NCBI GenBank assembly: GCA_052327205.1
Contig: CM126202.1
Location: 393,700,001 to 393,764,000 of the forward strand
DNA: 64,000 nt
Reading direction: 5' to 3'
DNA from: Somniosus microcephalus
Lineage: Eukaryota
Shown: in pieces, positions 22,546-36,479 of the stretch
How the letters are laid out: every line of letters begins with the position of its first letter
How positions within the stretch are numbered: position 1 is the first letter of the stretch
The notes under the pieces: generated by a model
The model's input: the letters and a program-made list of their open reading frames with translations, nothing else
Told to the model about the DNA's origin: nothing
Database searches by the model: none
Position numbers and translations under genes: made by a program

Positions 22546-24217
22546 TTTCTTTTCACTATTCAGTTTATTTTTTTTTAAATCCAGACTATTTTGGAGGATT
22601 TATTCTCAGCGTTTTTATTATAGTGGTTGCTGGGAATGCTGTACTCCCAGAGTATGTGGGAAATGTTTGTTTTAAATGGTTGCTGTATTTCAGAGTTGGT
22701 GCTTTGCAGTCTGCCCTTTTGCAGTGATTTTTGAGTTTTGATTTACAATAATATTGATGCGCGCTACATCACTAATTAGATCAGCCTTCATAAGTGTGGT
22801 AGAGACACTTTTCAATGTCCTTTTTTAAACTCCAATATTAAACGGAATTGTCCTGTTTAAAGCTATCCAATTTTGCAAAAAAAATTATTGAACTGCACAG
22901 GTGCTAACAAATTCGTAGTGGATTCCACCCCGTCACAATTTTTCCCTTCCCCATTAGAAAGACATGCATTTATGTTGTGCTCACTTATGCAGGGGTAGTG
23001 TCCCACAGATACTGATAGCCCTCCAGTATTGCACCCAGATGGCAATTCTGTTTGTGAGCCAAAAGTGAATGTTGATGGGCCATTGTCCCATGGTGGGCAT
23101 CACAGCTGAGCCTGATCCTATCTTCACCTGTGTCAGCGTGTGCACTTGGAATCACTGGATAGCAAACAGGAGTAGGATTCCTGTATGATTTCTTTTGCTG
23201 CCTTTTCCCCACTCAAGTGTTGAGGCCAATTATAACTGTCCAATTATTGTGTCACCTTAGATCAACTAACTGCATGCACAGACTTTCAGGTCTGTATGGT
23301 TTAATATAACATCACATGGTGCATTTGCCCACTAGCTCATAAAATGAGCTGGCATATTTGTTTATAATGTGCAGGCATTCTGATACAAATAACAAAATTT
23401 GGCCAGGAATTTATGCATTTAGTTTTAATGTAACTTTAGTCAAAATGTTCAACACCAAAGATTCCAAAACTCAAATATTTATGATTTTTGTTACATAAGT
23501 ACCAGTGGTTGAATGTTATGGAAATATATTTAATTTAAAAAGTAACTATTTGACAACCCAGCTTTAACATGAGAATCAAGACTTTTAATAGATTTACTAG
23601 AGCATTTTGAGTGATTTTGGAACAAAGACATACTCAGATGCTCCTTTATTTCTCAAACACTGCAGGTATAAATGAGTTGTTATGCAGCTGCCTTGCTTTC
23701 TGCAACTGTTTTATACTGGGGGATCTCTTACAGTGTTGCTCATGGTACATTGCCACAGAAGGAACTGGTAAGGGCAGTATGCTGGGCCAGAAGTAGAGCA
23801 AGCAGTGGCAGATGGGATTTGGTAGCCAGTTGCAAGTGATGCTCACAGAGCAGGTAGATTTCTTTAGAACACTCCATTTGTTTCTCGGGTGCTTGAAGAT
23901 GAAGTTGGTTTTGAACTGTCATGGCTGCTTTGTTTTTGGTTTTGCAATGTTTAGTTACTCTTATGCATATGACTGACAATACTGCATGGCTAGCATGCAC
24001 TGATTGCAAAGTCAAGAAGCTTCTCTGCAATACAGATGAAAAGTTTTATTATTGCTACTAGATTTCCTGTGGTCTTGCGTCCAGTTGGTGAGGTGTGGGC
24101 TTTATGACTGCTTTTCTTATGGCTCTGGGATCATATTGGTCCCTGCTAAGTATGTGATGGATAATACCCAGTGGTTAGCAGACACCAGTAAGAAAACTGG
24201 TAGAAACACTACATATA

Positions 24218-24533
24218 CAGGTAGACTACCCTTTATCCGGACTTCCGAAAACCGAAACCCTCTAAAAACCGAAGGTTTTTTCGTTCAGCGTAAGTCGTGC
24301 GTACGACTTACGCTGAACGAAAAAACCTTCGGTTTTTAGAGGGTTCCGGTTGCGGAAGTTCGGATAAAGGGTAAGTCGTGCGCACGACCCCCCGCCGACC
24401 CCCGACCCCGCCAGCCCCGACAACCGCCGACCCCCCCGCGGACCCCCGCCGACCCACCTTCCGAAATCCGAAATTCTCCTTTATCCGAAACTCGGCTGGT
24501 CCCGAGGTTTTCGGATAAAGGATAGTCTACCTG
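24218..24533. mobile_element. Tc1/mariner (Tigger/pogo-like) MITE with an internal fold-back
   Basis: TA|CAGGTAGACTACCCTTTATCCG ... CGGATAAAGGATAGTCTACCTG|TA. Confidence 0.9.
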
Positions 24534-24869
24534 TATTGCATTTCAGACGCACAACGGTTTTTTGTACAGTGATCAGAATTGACAAACTCGTTATCATTTT
24601 CTGGTTCTTATGCTCCATCCCTCTGGCTATACACCCTAAATAAAATCAGAGTAATTTGCAAGGCATCAATCCAGTCAATCAGAAAAATCACTTTCTTTTG
24701 ATTTATGCCTTCTGTTACAATTTTCAGGCCCACACAGGTTCAGCATCACTGGTCATGGAGTATACCTTCACTATCCAATATATGATAGCATAGCTTTGAA
24801 GCCACAGCAATAAGACCCTTAGTTGTATGTAATGGATTCTGTAATTTCACAGGTGCCTCATGTTTGACA

Positions 24870-25298
24870 TTGGCGAAAGTACAGTGACAGCATTGATCTC
24901 TTGCATCAGACATGTGAACTGCAAAAATAGATTAAGGAAATTGGAGAAAAGCGAGGTTTTGGGATATATTATTGAGTTATTCAAAATTCTAAGGGGTACA
25001 CATACAGATAAGTTGAACCCTAATAATTTTGCAGTCATAAATTTGACAATTGGGAGCACAGATTCCATTCAGAAGAGATGATGAACAATTCAGATTTACC
25101 TACTTTTTACATAGTTTGATGAATATTTGGAACATGCTGCCTGTGGAAAGCGAGTCATAGCATCGAATTCAGGAGGATAGATATTTGGCAGAGAAATGGG
25201 GTTAAGGAGTATGATAGTGTATGTTGATTTTTGAACTTTGGTTTATCCAGAGTGTCTACAATGGTCTCTTCCAGGCCTGTTCGTTCCTAAGTTCCTAT
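24870..25298 (+). mobile_element. Ancient CR1 3' remnant
   Basis: RLRKLE...GYIIELFKILRG resembles the CR1 C-terminus. A GTTCCTAAGTTCCTAT tail ends it. Confidence 0.6.
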
Positions 25299-25684
25299 GC
25301 ACATTACATATGAACCAATGATTTTTTTTTTTCTGTTATATTCTATTATCATCAGTCCCTGATCGCTGCCAGATAGCCACTTAATTTTTTTGTAATTTCT
25401 ATCACTTTTGGTCACCTAATCAAATCCCTTTTGACGAACAAATTCATTGCAATTAATATTTGGTAAATCTTGTACTTAAAGAGCAACTTTACTACTGTGC
25501 ATGTAGGGAGGGGGTTTGAGGTACGTTCTCTATAATGTACATCCTGCTCTACCTAGAAGAAGATGTGTGTATTTTAAATTTACATTCCTTGTACAGTGCT
25601 TGGCAATACCCACCAATACTAAATTTTGCTAATTTGGACATCTAATTGTCATCCTGATGCTGATTGTGAAGTTGCTTACTGGCT

Positions 25685-26160
25685 GATATAGCCACAGCTC
25701 AATGATGGCACTCTCGCCTCATAAGTCAGAAGGTCTTGTGTTCATATATCATAGAATAGTACAGCACAGAAGGAGGCCATTCGGCCCATCGAGTCTGCGC
25801 CAGCTCTTTCGATGAGCAATTCAGTTAGTCCCACTTCCCCACTCTTTCTCCATATCCCTGCAATTTTTTTTCTCTTTCAAGTATTTATGAAATTCCCTTT
25901 TGAAGGCTACTGTTGAATCTGTGTTGAGTGGATAATCTAAGTTGACGCTTTTGTGCAGTACTGAGCGAATACTGCATTGTCTGAGGTACTGTTATTCGGG
26001 TGAGACGTTAAATTAAAGCTCTGCCTGCCTGCTCAGGTGCACATAAGATCCCAAGGCACAATTTGGAAAATAGCAGGGAGTTCTCTCGGTGTCCTGGCCA
26101 ACATTTATCCTTCGACCATTACCACCAAAAATAGATTTATTGATCATTCCAGCAATTACT
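25685..26160 (+). mobile_element. Deu-domain SINE interrupted by an antisense CR1 3' end (~25750-25921)
   Basis: SINE head, then ATAGAATAGTACAGCACAGAAGGAGGCCATTCGGCCC, then the Deu core resumes. Confidence 0.7.
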
Positions 26161-26247
26161 GGTTGTGGCACAGAGAATGAGAGAAGCAGATAAAAAAGTA
26201 CAAACTTATACTACCAGTGAGGACTTTTCCCCCCCCCTCAGACTATC

Positions 26248-28248
26248 CATAAGAACATAAGAAATAGGAGCCCCTCGAGCCTGCTCCACCATGCAATAAG
26301 ATCATGGCTGATCCAATCTTGTCCTCAACACCACTTTCCTGCTCTCTCCCCATACCTCTTGACTCCCTTGAAGTTCCAATGTCTGTCTATCTCAGCCTTG
26401 AATATATTCAGTGACTCCACCTCCACAGCTCTCCGGGGTAGAGAATTCCAAAGATTCACGACCCTCAGAGAAGAAATTCCTTCTCATCTCTGTCATAAAT
26501 GGGCGACTCCTTATTCTGAAACTATGCCCCCTAGTTCTAGACACCCCCTACTAGGGGAAACATCCTCTCAGCATCCACCCTGTCAATCCCCCTCCGAATC
26601 TCTTATGTTTCAATAAGATCACCTCTCATTCTTCTAAACTCCAATGAGTATAGGCCCAATCTGCTCAACCTTTCTTCATAAGTCAATCCCCTTCATCTCG
26701 GGAATCAACCTAGTGAACCTTCTCTGTACTGCCTCCAGTGCAAGTATATCCTTCCTTAAATATGGAGATCAAAACTGTACACAGTACTTCCGGTGTGGTC
26801 TCACCAGCGCCCTGTAAAGTTGCACCAAAACTTTCCTATTTTTATACTCCATACCCCTTGCAATAAAGGCCAACATTCCATTAGCCTTCCTAATTACTTG
26901 CTGTACCTGCATGCTAACCTTGTTTCATGTACTCGGACCCCCAGATCCCCTTGTACCGCAGCATTTTGTAATCTCACTCCATTTAAATAATTGCTTTTTC
27001 ATTCTTCCTTCCAAAGTGGATAACCTCACATTTTCCCACATTGTACTCCATCTGCCAAATTTTTGCCCACTCACTTAACCTATCTATATCCCTTTGCAGA
27101 TTCTTTGCGTCCTCCTCACAACTTGCTAACCCCCCTATCTTTGTATCATCAGCAAATTTGGCTACAGTACACTCGGTCCCTTCATCCAAGTCATTAATAT
27201 AGATTGTAAACAGTTGAGGCCCCAGCACTGATCCTTGTGGCACCCCACTAGTCACTGTTTGCCAACCTGTAAATGACCCATTTATCCCGACTCTGTTAGT
27301 TAGCCAATCCCCTGTCCATGCGAAAATATTATCTGCAACCCTATGCGCTCTTACCTTATGCAGTAACCTTTTATGTGGCACCTTATTGAATGCCTTCTGG
27401 AAATCCAAATACACCACATCCACAGGTTCCCCTTTATCCACCCTGTTTGTTACATCCTCAAAGAACCCTAGCAAATTTGTCAAACACGATTTCCCTTTCA
27501 TAAAACCATGTTGCCTCTGCTTGATTGTCTTATGATTTTCTAAATGTCCTGCTATTACCTCCTTAATAATGGACTCCAGCATTTTCCCAATGATAGATGT
27601 TAGGCTAACTGGCCTATAGTTTCCTGCTTTCTGTCTCCCTCCTTTCTTGAATAGTGGCATTACATTTGCGGTTTTCCAATCCGCTGGGACCTCTCCAGAA
27701 TCCAGGGAATTTTGGTAGATTACAACCAATGCATCCACTATCTCTGCAGCCACTTTTAAGACCCTAGGATACAGGTCATCAGGTCCAAGGGACTTGTTGG
27801 CCTTTAGCCCCATTAGTTTGCCTAGTATTTTTTCTCTAGTGATAGAGATTGTTTTAAGTTCCTCCCTCCCTATAGCCCCTTGATTATTATTATTGGGATG
27901 TTTTTAGTGTCTTCTACCGTGAAGACCGATCCAAAATAATTGTTTAGAGTCTCTGCCATTTCTCTATTTCCCATTATTAATTCCCCAGTCTCATTCTCTA
28001 AGGGACCAAAGTTTACTTTAGCTACTCTCTTCCTTTTTATATACCTGAAAAAGCTATTACTGTCTGTTTTTATATTATTTGCTAGTTTACTCTCATACTC
28101 TATCTTCTCCCTCTTTATAATTTTTTTAGTCATCCTTTGCTGGTTTCTAAAAATTTTCCAATCCTCTGGCCTACCACTAATCCTCGCAACATTGTATGCC
28201 TTTTCTTTCAATTTGATACCATCCTTAACTTCCTTCGTTATCCAGTGG
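26248..28248 (-). mobile_element. CR1-clade LINE, 5'-truncated
   Basis: ORFs 27870-28322 (part) and 26983-27813 carry RT motifs (GVPQGSVLGP, FADDT). (CATAAGAA)n tail. Confidence 0.95.
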
Positions 28249-28724
28249 TAAAGGAGGATATAGTTTATATTTAAAATACTTCCCTCTCCCGTAGTACTGT
28301 TCTTTTTACTTGTTAGTAGCAATAATGTAATTCTATTAAATACATTTTAAAATTTTACAAGTGAGATTTTTAATACGCTCCTATGATTGCCATTTTGCTT
28401 GAGGCAGACTGGCTTTCCATCCCCGGCCACCTGTAACCTGACCTTATTTCTTAGGCAGATGGTGGGGAAATTGTTGCATCTTGCTACAGTTGTTATACTG
28501 ACTGGAGGGAGGCAACAACTGGCATGATTTGGCAAAAAATGCTCCATTTAAAACATGCTTTCATGAGGTTTGAGAATAAAATAAATTGGTGTTAAACAAA
28601 AATGTATACCTTTATTAACTATGAATCACAATCTGAACATTTTTTACTTTTTAAAATGTAGTTTTAATTTTAACAAGACAATTATAACAATGAATATACC
28701 AAAACAAATTTCCCTAAACATAAT

Positions 28725-30560
28725 ACAAAAGCAAAATACTGCAGATGCTGGAAATTTTAAATAGAAACAGAAAATGCAGAAAATACTCAGCAGGCCAGGC
28801 AGCATCTGTGGAGGGAGAAACAGAGTTAACGTTTCAGGTCGATGACCCTTCGTCAGAACTGGAAAAAGTTAGAGATGTAACCGGTTTTAAGCAAGTACAG
28901 AGGAAGGGGAGGGAAGAACAAAAGAGAAGGTGTGTGATCGGGTGGAAGGCTGGAGAGATTAAATGACAAAAGGGATGATGATGCAAGGCAAAAGGAGATG
29001 GTAATGGGACAAGAAAAGTAACAAAAGATGGGTCTAGAAGAGGTGTAAATGGGTATAGCAGAATCATTACCAACAGCTGCCATCTTGGAAAAAAATAGGG
29101 GCAGAGGTTAAGGTCTGAAATTGTTGAACATGATAGAGTCCAGAAGGCTGTAAAGTGCCTAATAGAAAGATGAGGTGCTGTTCCTCGAGCTTGCATTGAG
29201 CTTTGTTGGAACCATATAAGAGGCCAAGAACAGAGAAATCGGAATGGGAGTGCAGCGGAGAATTAAAGTGACAGGTGACCGGAAGCTCATGGTCATGCAT
29301 GCAGACTGAACAGAGGTGTTCCGCAAAGCAGTCACCCAATCTGCATTTGGTCTCCCCAGTGTAGAGGAGACCGCACCGTTGGCAGTGAATGCAGTATATT
29401 AAATTGCAAGAAGTACAAGTAAATCGCTGTTTCACCTGGAAGGAGTGTTTGGGGCCCTGGGTGGCGAGAAGGGAGGCGGTAAAAGGGCAGGTGTTGCATC
29501 TCCTGCGCTTGCACGTGACGGTGCCGTGGAAAGTGGAGGGGGTGTTGGGGGTGATCGAGGGGTGGAGCGGTCCTTTTGGAATGCTGAAAGGTGAGGGGGA
29601 AGATATGTTTGGTGGTGAGATCAGGCTGGAGATGGCAAAAATGGCGGGAGGGTGATCGGTTGAATGTGGAGGTTGGTGAGGGGAACCCTATCATGGTTCT
29701 GGGAGGGAGGGCAAGAGGTGAACACGGAAGTGCAGGAAATGGAACGGACACAGCCAAGGGCCATTTCAACCACAGTAGAGGGGGATTCTCGGTTGAAGAA
29801 AAAAGAAGACATATCGGAAGCACTAGTCTGGAAGGTGGCATCGTCGGAACAGATGCGATGGAGAAGGAGAAACTGGGAGAATGGAATAGAGTCCTTTTTT
29901 ATAGGAAGCGGGGTGCGAGGAAGTGTCATCCAGGTAGCTGTCGGGAGTCGGTGGGCTTATAGAGACTGTCGATAGACTATCCCCAGAAATGGAGACAGTG
30001 AAGTCGAGGAAGAGAAGAGTCAGAAATGGAACATTGTGAAGATGAGGGAAGGGTGGAAATTGGAAGCAAAGTGATTGAAATTTTCCAGTTCCGGGCGAGA
30101 GCAGGAAACTGCAATGATACAGTCATCAATGTACTAGAAAAAGAGGTGAGGGAGGGGACCTGAGAAAGAGAAAGACTTGCATTTATATAGCACCTTTCGC
30201 GACCACCGGACGTCCCAAAGCGCTTTACAACCATTGAAGTACTTTTTGAAGTGTGGTCACTGTTGTAGTAGGACTGGAACAAAAAATGTTCCACATATTG
30301 CACAAAAGGCAGGCATAGCTAGGACCCATGTGGGTTCCCATAGCAACACTTTTTATTATTTGGAGGAAGTGAGTGGAGTCAAAGGAGAAGTTGTTCAATG
30401 TGAGAACAAGTTCAGCCAGGCGGAGGAGCGTGGTGGTGGATGGGGACTGGTTGGGCCTCTGTTCAGGGAAGAAGCGGAGTGCCCTCCGGCCGTCCTGGTG
30501 GGGGATGGAGGTGTAGAGGGATTGTACGTCCATAGTGAAAAGGAGATGATTGGGGCCAAG
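28725..30560 (-). mobile_element. Second Penelope-like family, decayed, with its pseudo-LTR; a SINE tail is inserted at ~30163-30270
   Basis: DVQSLYTSIPH, AMGTHMGPSYA, SIPFSQFL..HRICSD and GIY-YIG LIYCIHC..LYTGET fragments. Confidence 0.9.
28824..28860 (-). ncRNA. Minimal type I hammerhead ribozyme motif
   Basis: AGTT-CTGACGA-A-GGGTC atc GACCT-GAAA-CG-TT-AACT, with palindromic AACGTT. Confidence 0.8.
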
Positions 30561-30630
30561 AAACTGGAAATTTCCCTAAACTCTGGTTGTCCTGTATGAG
30601 GTAGAAAATTGTTTGTACAATTTATATATA

Positions 30631-30956
30631 CAGGAAACTTTGTGCTATCCAGCACCGACGGGACCGAGCTGTTGCCGTCCCATCAAAACTGCCAGACAAA
30701 CCAGCGCTAATGTTGAAACATACGGAGATTTTGAGCTCTGTATCTGGCAACAAACCCTGTTGCAGCTTCTAAACAGCCGGCCGTACCTTGCAAGTGTCTC
30801 TGTAGCTTAGCAACAGCTTCAGCGAGACCTTGCAGAGCCTGACTGGTGGGGAAAAAAGCAACAAAAGGAAAAAAAAACCAACGAAACGGCTCCTGATTTT
30901 TGCCGGTGGCTTGAGCATTCCGGACAGTTAACCTCCGGATAAACCAAAGTTTCCTG
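30631..30956. mobile_element. Tc1/mariner (Tigger-like) MITE
   Basis: TA|CAGGAAACTTTG ... CAAAGTTTCCTG|TA. Confidence 0.85.
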
Positions 30957-31677
30957 TACTTCTTGGCTTTGGCAGATTCATGTTAACATGGCGCTTGTGT
31001 TTAAAGTGTATTAAAGTCCTCCTTCATTATGGAATGTTCTTGACTACTGAGTTCTATGCTGTTTGTCACAATTCAGATGATGCACTGTTCTACAAGAACA
31101 AAAATGTTATACCATGTAATGTACAATATATTCTACTGCTCTTGATGGCCACAAAGACCATCTGTTATTAAGTAAACATTAGGGAACTTCAGTTTAATTG
31201 ACTGAGGTTGTAAGTCAGAACCCTAGCTTTTTTATTGTAGTGTTGATTGATGTGTATAATGCTAGGAAGCCCTTCAGGGACTCCAACCTGACTGGAAAGA
31301 GAGCCATTTTCCTACATGTGACTGGGAATAGGCTTAAATTGCCTTCTGTTTGTTTGTTATGATAGTGAAAGCACTTTAATAAGTTGAAGCCTGTTCCCAT
31401 TAATGGCTGGGAATATGGCTTTTTTTAACAGAAAGGAGTGGAGTGGGAGCAGCAGTGCTGAGAGGGGGAGAGAAGTCTGGTGCAGCAAGAGAGGGACCAA
31501 TTTGGTAATGAGTCTGATTATTTTTATAGGCCTAAGGTAGGTGATGCTGTGGAGAATAGGGCCACCTGCCTTGCTGACTGAACTAGAATGACTCATTCTA
31601 ATGTAAATATAACATATAGGTTAAGTTTAAGGGTGGCAGATATGGAAAAGTGTTACGGGTAGTGCACACTATAGCAA

Positions 31678-31700
31678 GTGTGTGTGCATATGTGTCTGTA

Positions 31701-31732
<32 letters not shown>
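31678..31732. repeat. Compound (TG)n(TA)n microsatellite
   Basis: Seen directly; it abuts the 3' end of a PLE pseudo-LTR fragment. Confidence 0.9.
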
Positions 31733-31988
31733 AAAGCAAAATACTGCTGATGCTGGAAATCTGAAATATAAACAGAAAATGCCAGAAATACTCAGCAGGT
31801 CAGGCAGCATCTGTGGAGACAAACCGTTAACGTTTCAGGTCAATGACCTTTCGTCAGAACTGGAAAAAGTTAGAGATGTACCAAGTTTTAAGCAAGGGCA
31901 GGGAAATGGGTGGGGAGGGGAGGAAAGCACAAAAGGGAAGATTTGTGATGGGGTGGAAGGCAGTAGTGTGATTTAAATGACAAAAGGT
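31733..31988 (-). mobile_element. Solo PLE pseudo-LTR fragment with a hammerhead motif at 31826-31861
   Basis: Homologous to 28728-28970. Motif AGTT-CTGACGA-A-AGGTC att GACCT-GAAACGTT-AAC. Confidence 0.85.
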
Positions 31989-31991
31989 ATT

Positions 31992-32696
31992 GGGCCAGAA
32001 ATTCGGGTCGGAGGCTTCCCGCAAGTGCAAGCCCTCGACCTGCACTTGCCTAGCGCGCCGGCCGTTGTGCTGTGGGACCGCGTGGGATTCCGAGCCTGGG
32101 CCTGCTCCAGCTGCTGGCAGGCAGTGCTTGCGTATCCCAGGGGCGCAGTTAGTTCGAAGCGTCCCCTGGGATCACGTGGGCCATGGAAGACCTGTCAAAT
32201 CTATGAATAGAAATCGGCCTCAAAACCTAACTAAAACTTCAAAAAAAAATTAAATAACTATAAATTACATAAATTTAAATTATTGTTTAAAATAGTTATT
32301 TTTTGAAAAAATTAATTAGTTTTTAATAGGGCTAAAAATAAACTTAACCTTTTTAAAGTATTTAAAAATAATAAATCTGTGGGGGAAAATGTTTTAATTT
32401 TACTTAATTCTCCACTTACCTTGTTAAAAGCAGACCTTGCAACTGCTTTTTAAAAGCGTAGCTGCTGGAGACTTACCCTCCCGGAGAAACCTGTAATAAA
32501 AAAAACCCCACAAGTTCCAGGCGTACGCGCTGCCTCTCCGGCGCGCACGTTCGACCTGTGAACTCCTTTCAAGGGAACGGACGGAAGATCCGGTTTCCCG
32601 CGCATGCGCCATGCATGCACGAAACCGGCACTTTCGTTGGCCCTGCGCGTGAGTACACAGCGCGTACTCACCCGTGGGGACCCAAATTTCTGGCCC
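31992..32696. mobile_element. PIF/Harbinger-type MITE
   Basis: TIRs GGGCCAGAAATTCGGGTC / GACCCAAATTTCTGGCCC, 3-bp TSD ATT, AT-rich centre, CpGs retained. Confidence 0.85.
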
Positions 32697-35600
32697 ATTG
32701 TACCTATTTGCGTGTGCGTGTGTCCAAAATGGTTCACGGTATTAGGAGTGGCTGGGGTAGTATGCCATGATTAACATTAATTCAAATTCACGCTCCAGCT
32801 AGGTTTATTAATGGGGTGGGGGGAGGAACTGAATGCCTCTTCTACTTTTCCTTTGTGAAAATGCAATACATTTTTTAAAAGCCATCTGTGTTTTGCATTT
32901 TAAATATCAACAAAAGAACCCACAGGTGTTGGTGAGTTTAATATTGACTAATTCAGAACAGTAAAGGACCTGTTAATATTTTTAATGGAAATCTTGCCTG
33001 AAACACATTTTTGAGATTTACTTTAGCAAAGAAACTCTAGAAATCATCACAGGATGAGGGGAGACAACGAATCCCTTCAACATCAAGAAGGCTACTGATG
33101 CATTTTGGAAAATTTCTGCAAATTGCATGCATTTAGAATGCACATATGTGGTTGGGAAATCCATTCAACTGTTTTGGTAAGAAAAAGGGTAAAATCCAGT
33201 GCTTTTGAGACAGGTTGAGGTGATGAAATAAAAAGTTTAATGAAGGTATTAAAAGACATTTTAATGGGTAAAATTGTGTGCCTTTCAACAGACATCCAGT
33301 AGAATAATGCTTAGTACATTGGATGCTATCATACTCCTGTCCTTATAACAGTGCTTCCTCTGACTTACCTTGAGCAGCACCATGGGAAAGCCACTTTACT
33401 AGAAAGAAAGTCAGCTAGTGACCTGTAGTTAAAATAATCAGCATTTCCAACTGACCTCTGACTTCAGTTTAGAAGTTACTATAATTACCTGGATTTGCTT
33501 ATTTACCACAGAAAATGTTGGAGGCATTTTAAACACACAAGTTCTATAAGTTTAATCTGAAATATTATGTTATTCCATATTTTCTGTACTAAGTGTCTCA
33601 GTGCGAATCCAAGCTGGTAGCTAAAGGTGTGTGGTTGCTGCCCTGTAATTGCCCCAATTTTTTTTCTCTGCTCATCCCAACTCCAAGACTAATTTTTGCA
33701 CATCTCTCTTAAGGGGAAAGTTCTGGCATAGGTTTTCCTGATGACTATCAATTAGTACCACTTTTATTATATGTTTACTTTTGTCCTCTTGTTCTGAAGT
33801 GTATGGTTCCTTAACAATTTGAAAAGCTGTCAATGGTTCGGAGCTGAAAGATGGAATGAAAGTGCCCAGGGTTTTGCATCTCATTGAAAACAAAGGTGAA
33901 TATGAGTAAGTATTTGCATGTTTTTATTTGGTTTTATGTGTTTGCTGAGACTGTTAATTTTGTTTAGGACCCTTAACTGCAGTTGCAAAGAAAATGCCAT
34001 AATTTCACCCCTTGGTTATATATGACTACAGGTATTTGGATGCATGTACATAAGTGTGAGATTAAAGTAGACTTTTTGGTTGATCTGTGTGATCCAGTGG
34101 GGTTGATCCAGTGGGGTTTGAATCCCTTTGCCACCAAAAGTTCCTATGTAAGTATTCCTTTTAAGCAAGGGACTTGGTACAAGTGGACTCCATTCTAATA
34201 TACTTGTTCAGGTAGACTAGAGCCTACTTGTACTAGCATTGCTGGGAAGTCAGCAAGGTGTGTGAATGAATGCCCTTGCCTGCAAGACTCGCGCACAAGT
34301 TTATGAAAGGGAGCTGGGCACTTTCTAATGGCCAATCTTCGATTAAGAGCTGGTTGTGGGGAAACCTGTCTATGATTGCAGCTGCTTGTGTGTGATGAAT
34401 TTTAAACTGGCTGATTAACAAAACACCAATTGCTTCAACAGTTGTCTACTCTGCAATTGTTACTTTTAATATTGTTCCTCGATTTTGACACTTCCTGTAA
34501 ATGGGACTTGTATTCTTACCCATCATTTGTTCACTGAAAAGAACATTAGTTTAATTGTTACTTTCTGGGCTTTTCATCTGATCCATGAGTGATAATGATT
34601 CAAAAAATAATAAACAAAATAGCCAATAGATTATTAGTATGGTGAGGATTTTATGCCGCAGCATTTTAGAATAAGAATTCCCACCTGTTCTTGAAGGCTC
34701 CATTTTAAAATTTAGCAATTAAAAATCCCAATTGTGTGATTGGTTTCATGACATCTGTGCTAGCCTTACCTAACCACTAAGTTTTGCTGAAATTAAATTG
34801 GCTGTTACTTATACTCTTAACATAATGGTCACGATACCAGTAAGCATATGAGGAAAAAGTTAATTTTTGGTTTTTGCCTAGTATAGTAACAGTAAAGATT
34901 AGCATTTATGTTTGTTGAAAATTTGTAGATTTTCTTCCCCCTACTATCCTCCCCTTATTACCTTGGAGTCTCTTGCCCTTAGGAAGGGTGGGATGGTCTA
35001 GGATGCAAATTTGCATTTTGGCTGCCATCAACTTTGAAGACCCACATGTCAGCATCAACTGATCCTAGGTCAGGTAAGGCATAGATTATAAAGTCGCTCT
35101 GTTCTGCTCAGCAATGTTCCTTTTGTTCAAGCCACAGAAGGATACCCCATACTGTACCAGTGTGACATTTTCCCTTTCTCAAACCAATATGCTTATGACC
35201 TTTGAGTGAGATTGCTAACTTGGGACAGTTTTATGTTGTTACTTTGCTGGTTGTGATAGCTTGTCCTTTCCGACCACATTAGGTGTGGTATTTTACTGCA
35301 GTTCAGCACTCTATCCATCAGCTTGATGGAGAGGTAAAGTTCTGCTAACGAGGCAAATATTTTGAATGTTTCCTGCTACAAGAGCACTCAAGACCTCTTG
35401 CACATATGTCATGAAAAATGCACTTTTTGTATAAAATTCATCTAATTTCCCTATGGGCAACAGGATGGACAGCCTGTTCCCAGGCTGCTGCTAGTACTGG
35501 CTATAAGGAGGTTCTTTTAGAGTCATCTGAGAATGACTTCCTCCCTCTGATTTTTCCCTCCTAATAGTAGCATAGCTAAACTCAATAGCTCTGCACATTG

Positions 35601-35964
35601 GTGTTGCACTAGAAAATATTTCCATTTCCTACTCAACCTTTTTATGTTTGACTGTAATTTGCCTTGTGCAGAGTGCCCTGGCAGAGGCATTTAATTTTGT
35701 CAAAATGGCACTATTGCAATTTGGGTTTCTTTCCCCAACACTTGCTCTTGTGTTCTTAAATAGGCACCAAATTCCATAAGTAGACTGAGTCCCTTATGAA
35801 CTGAAACGTCTGTCTTCTTCACCACTGTGTATGGGTTAGAATGTCTTAAGTTTAGAAAGCAACATCTAATTGCAGTATATTGCTCACTGGAAAATACATG
35901 GGGTGTCCACTGTAAACCCCCGTCACTTCCAAAGACAGAAAATAACATTTCACCAGACCAATGT

Positions 35965-36410
35965 TAGGTTTCAGCTTTAGCTCAATGATCGCACTCTTGC
36001 CTCAGATTCATGAGTTCAAGTCCTACTCCAGAGACCTGAGCGCACAATCTAGGCTGACACTTCAGTGCCGTGCTGAGGGAGTGCTGCAATGTTGGAGAAG
36101 CTGTTTTTCAAATGAGGTTAAACTGAGGCTCTGTCTGGCCTATTGGGTGAATGTAACTGATCCCATGGCAGTATTTGAAGAAGAACAGAGATGTTTTCCC
36201 TGTGTCCTGGCCAACCTTTATCCTTCAACCAGCATCATTAAAAACAGATTTTCTGTTCATTTGTCTCATTGCTGTTTGTGGGAACTTGTTGAGTGCAAAT
36301 TGGTTGCTTTGTTTCTCTATGACGGCGTTTCAACAGTAATTTATTAGCTGTGAAACTCCTTGGGACATCCTGAGTCATGAAAGATGCTACATAAATGCAA
36401 GTTCATTTGT
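35965..36410 (+). mobile_element. Deu-domain SINE, near full length
   Basis: tRNA-like head (TAGCTCAATG...GAGTTCAAGTCC), Deu core and GCTACATAAATGCAAG tail. Confidence 0.8.
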
Positions 36411-36479
36411 TCATTCTTTCAATATGTACAGGCTAAAGATGTTTGGTCAAATTTATTTACAGGTTGAATAATACACAGA

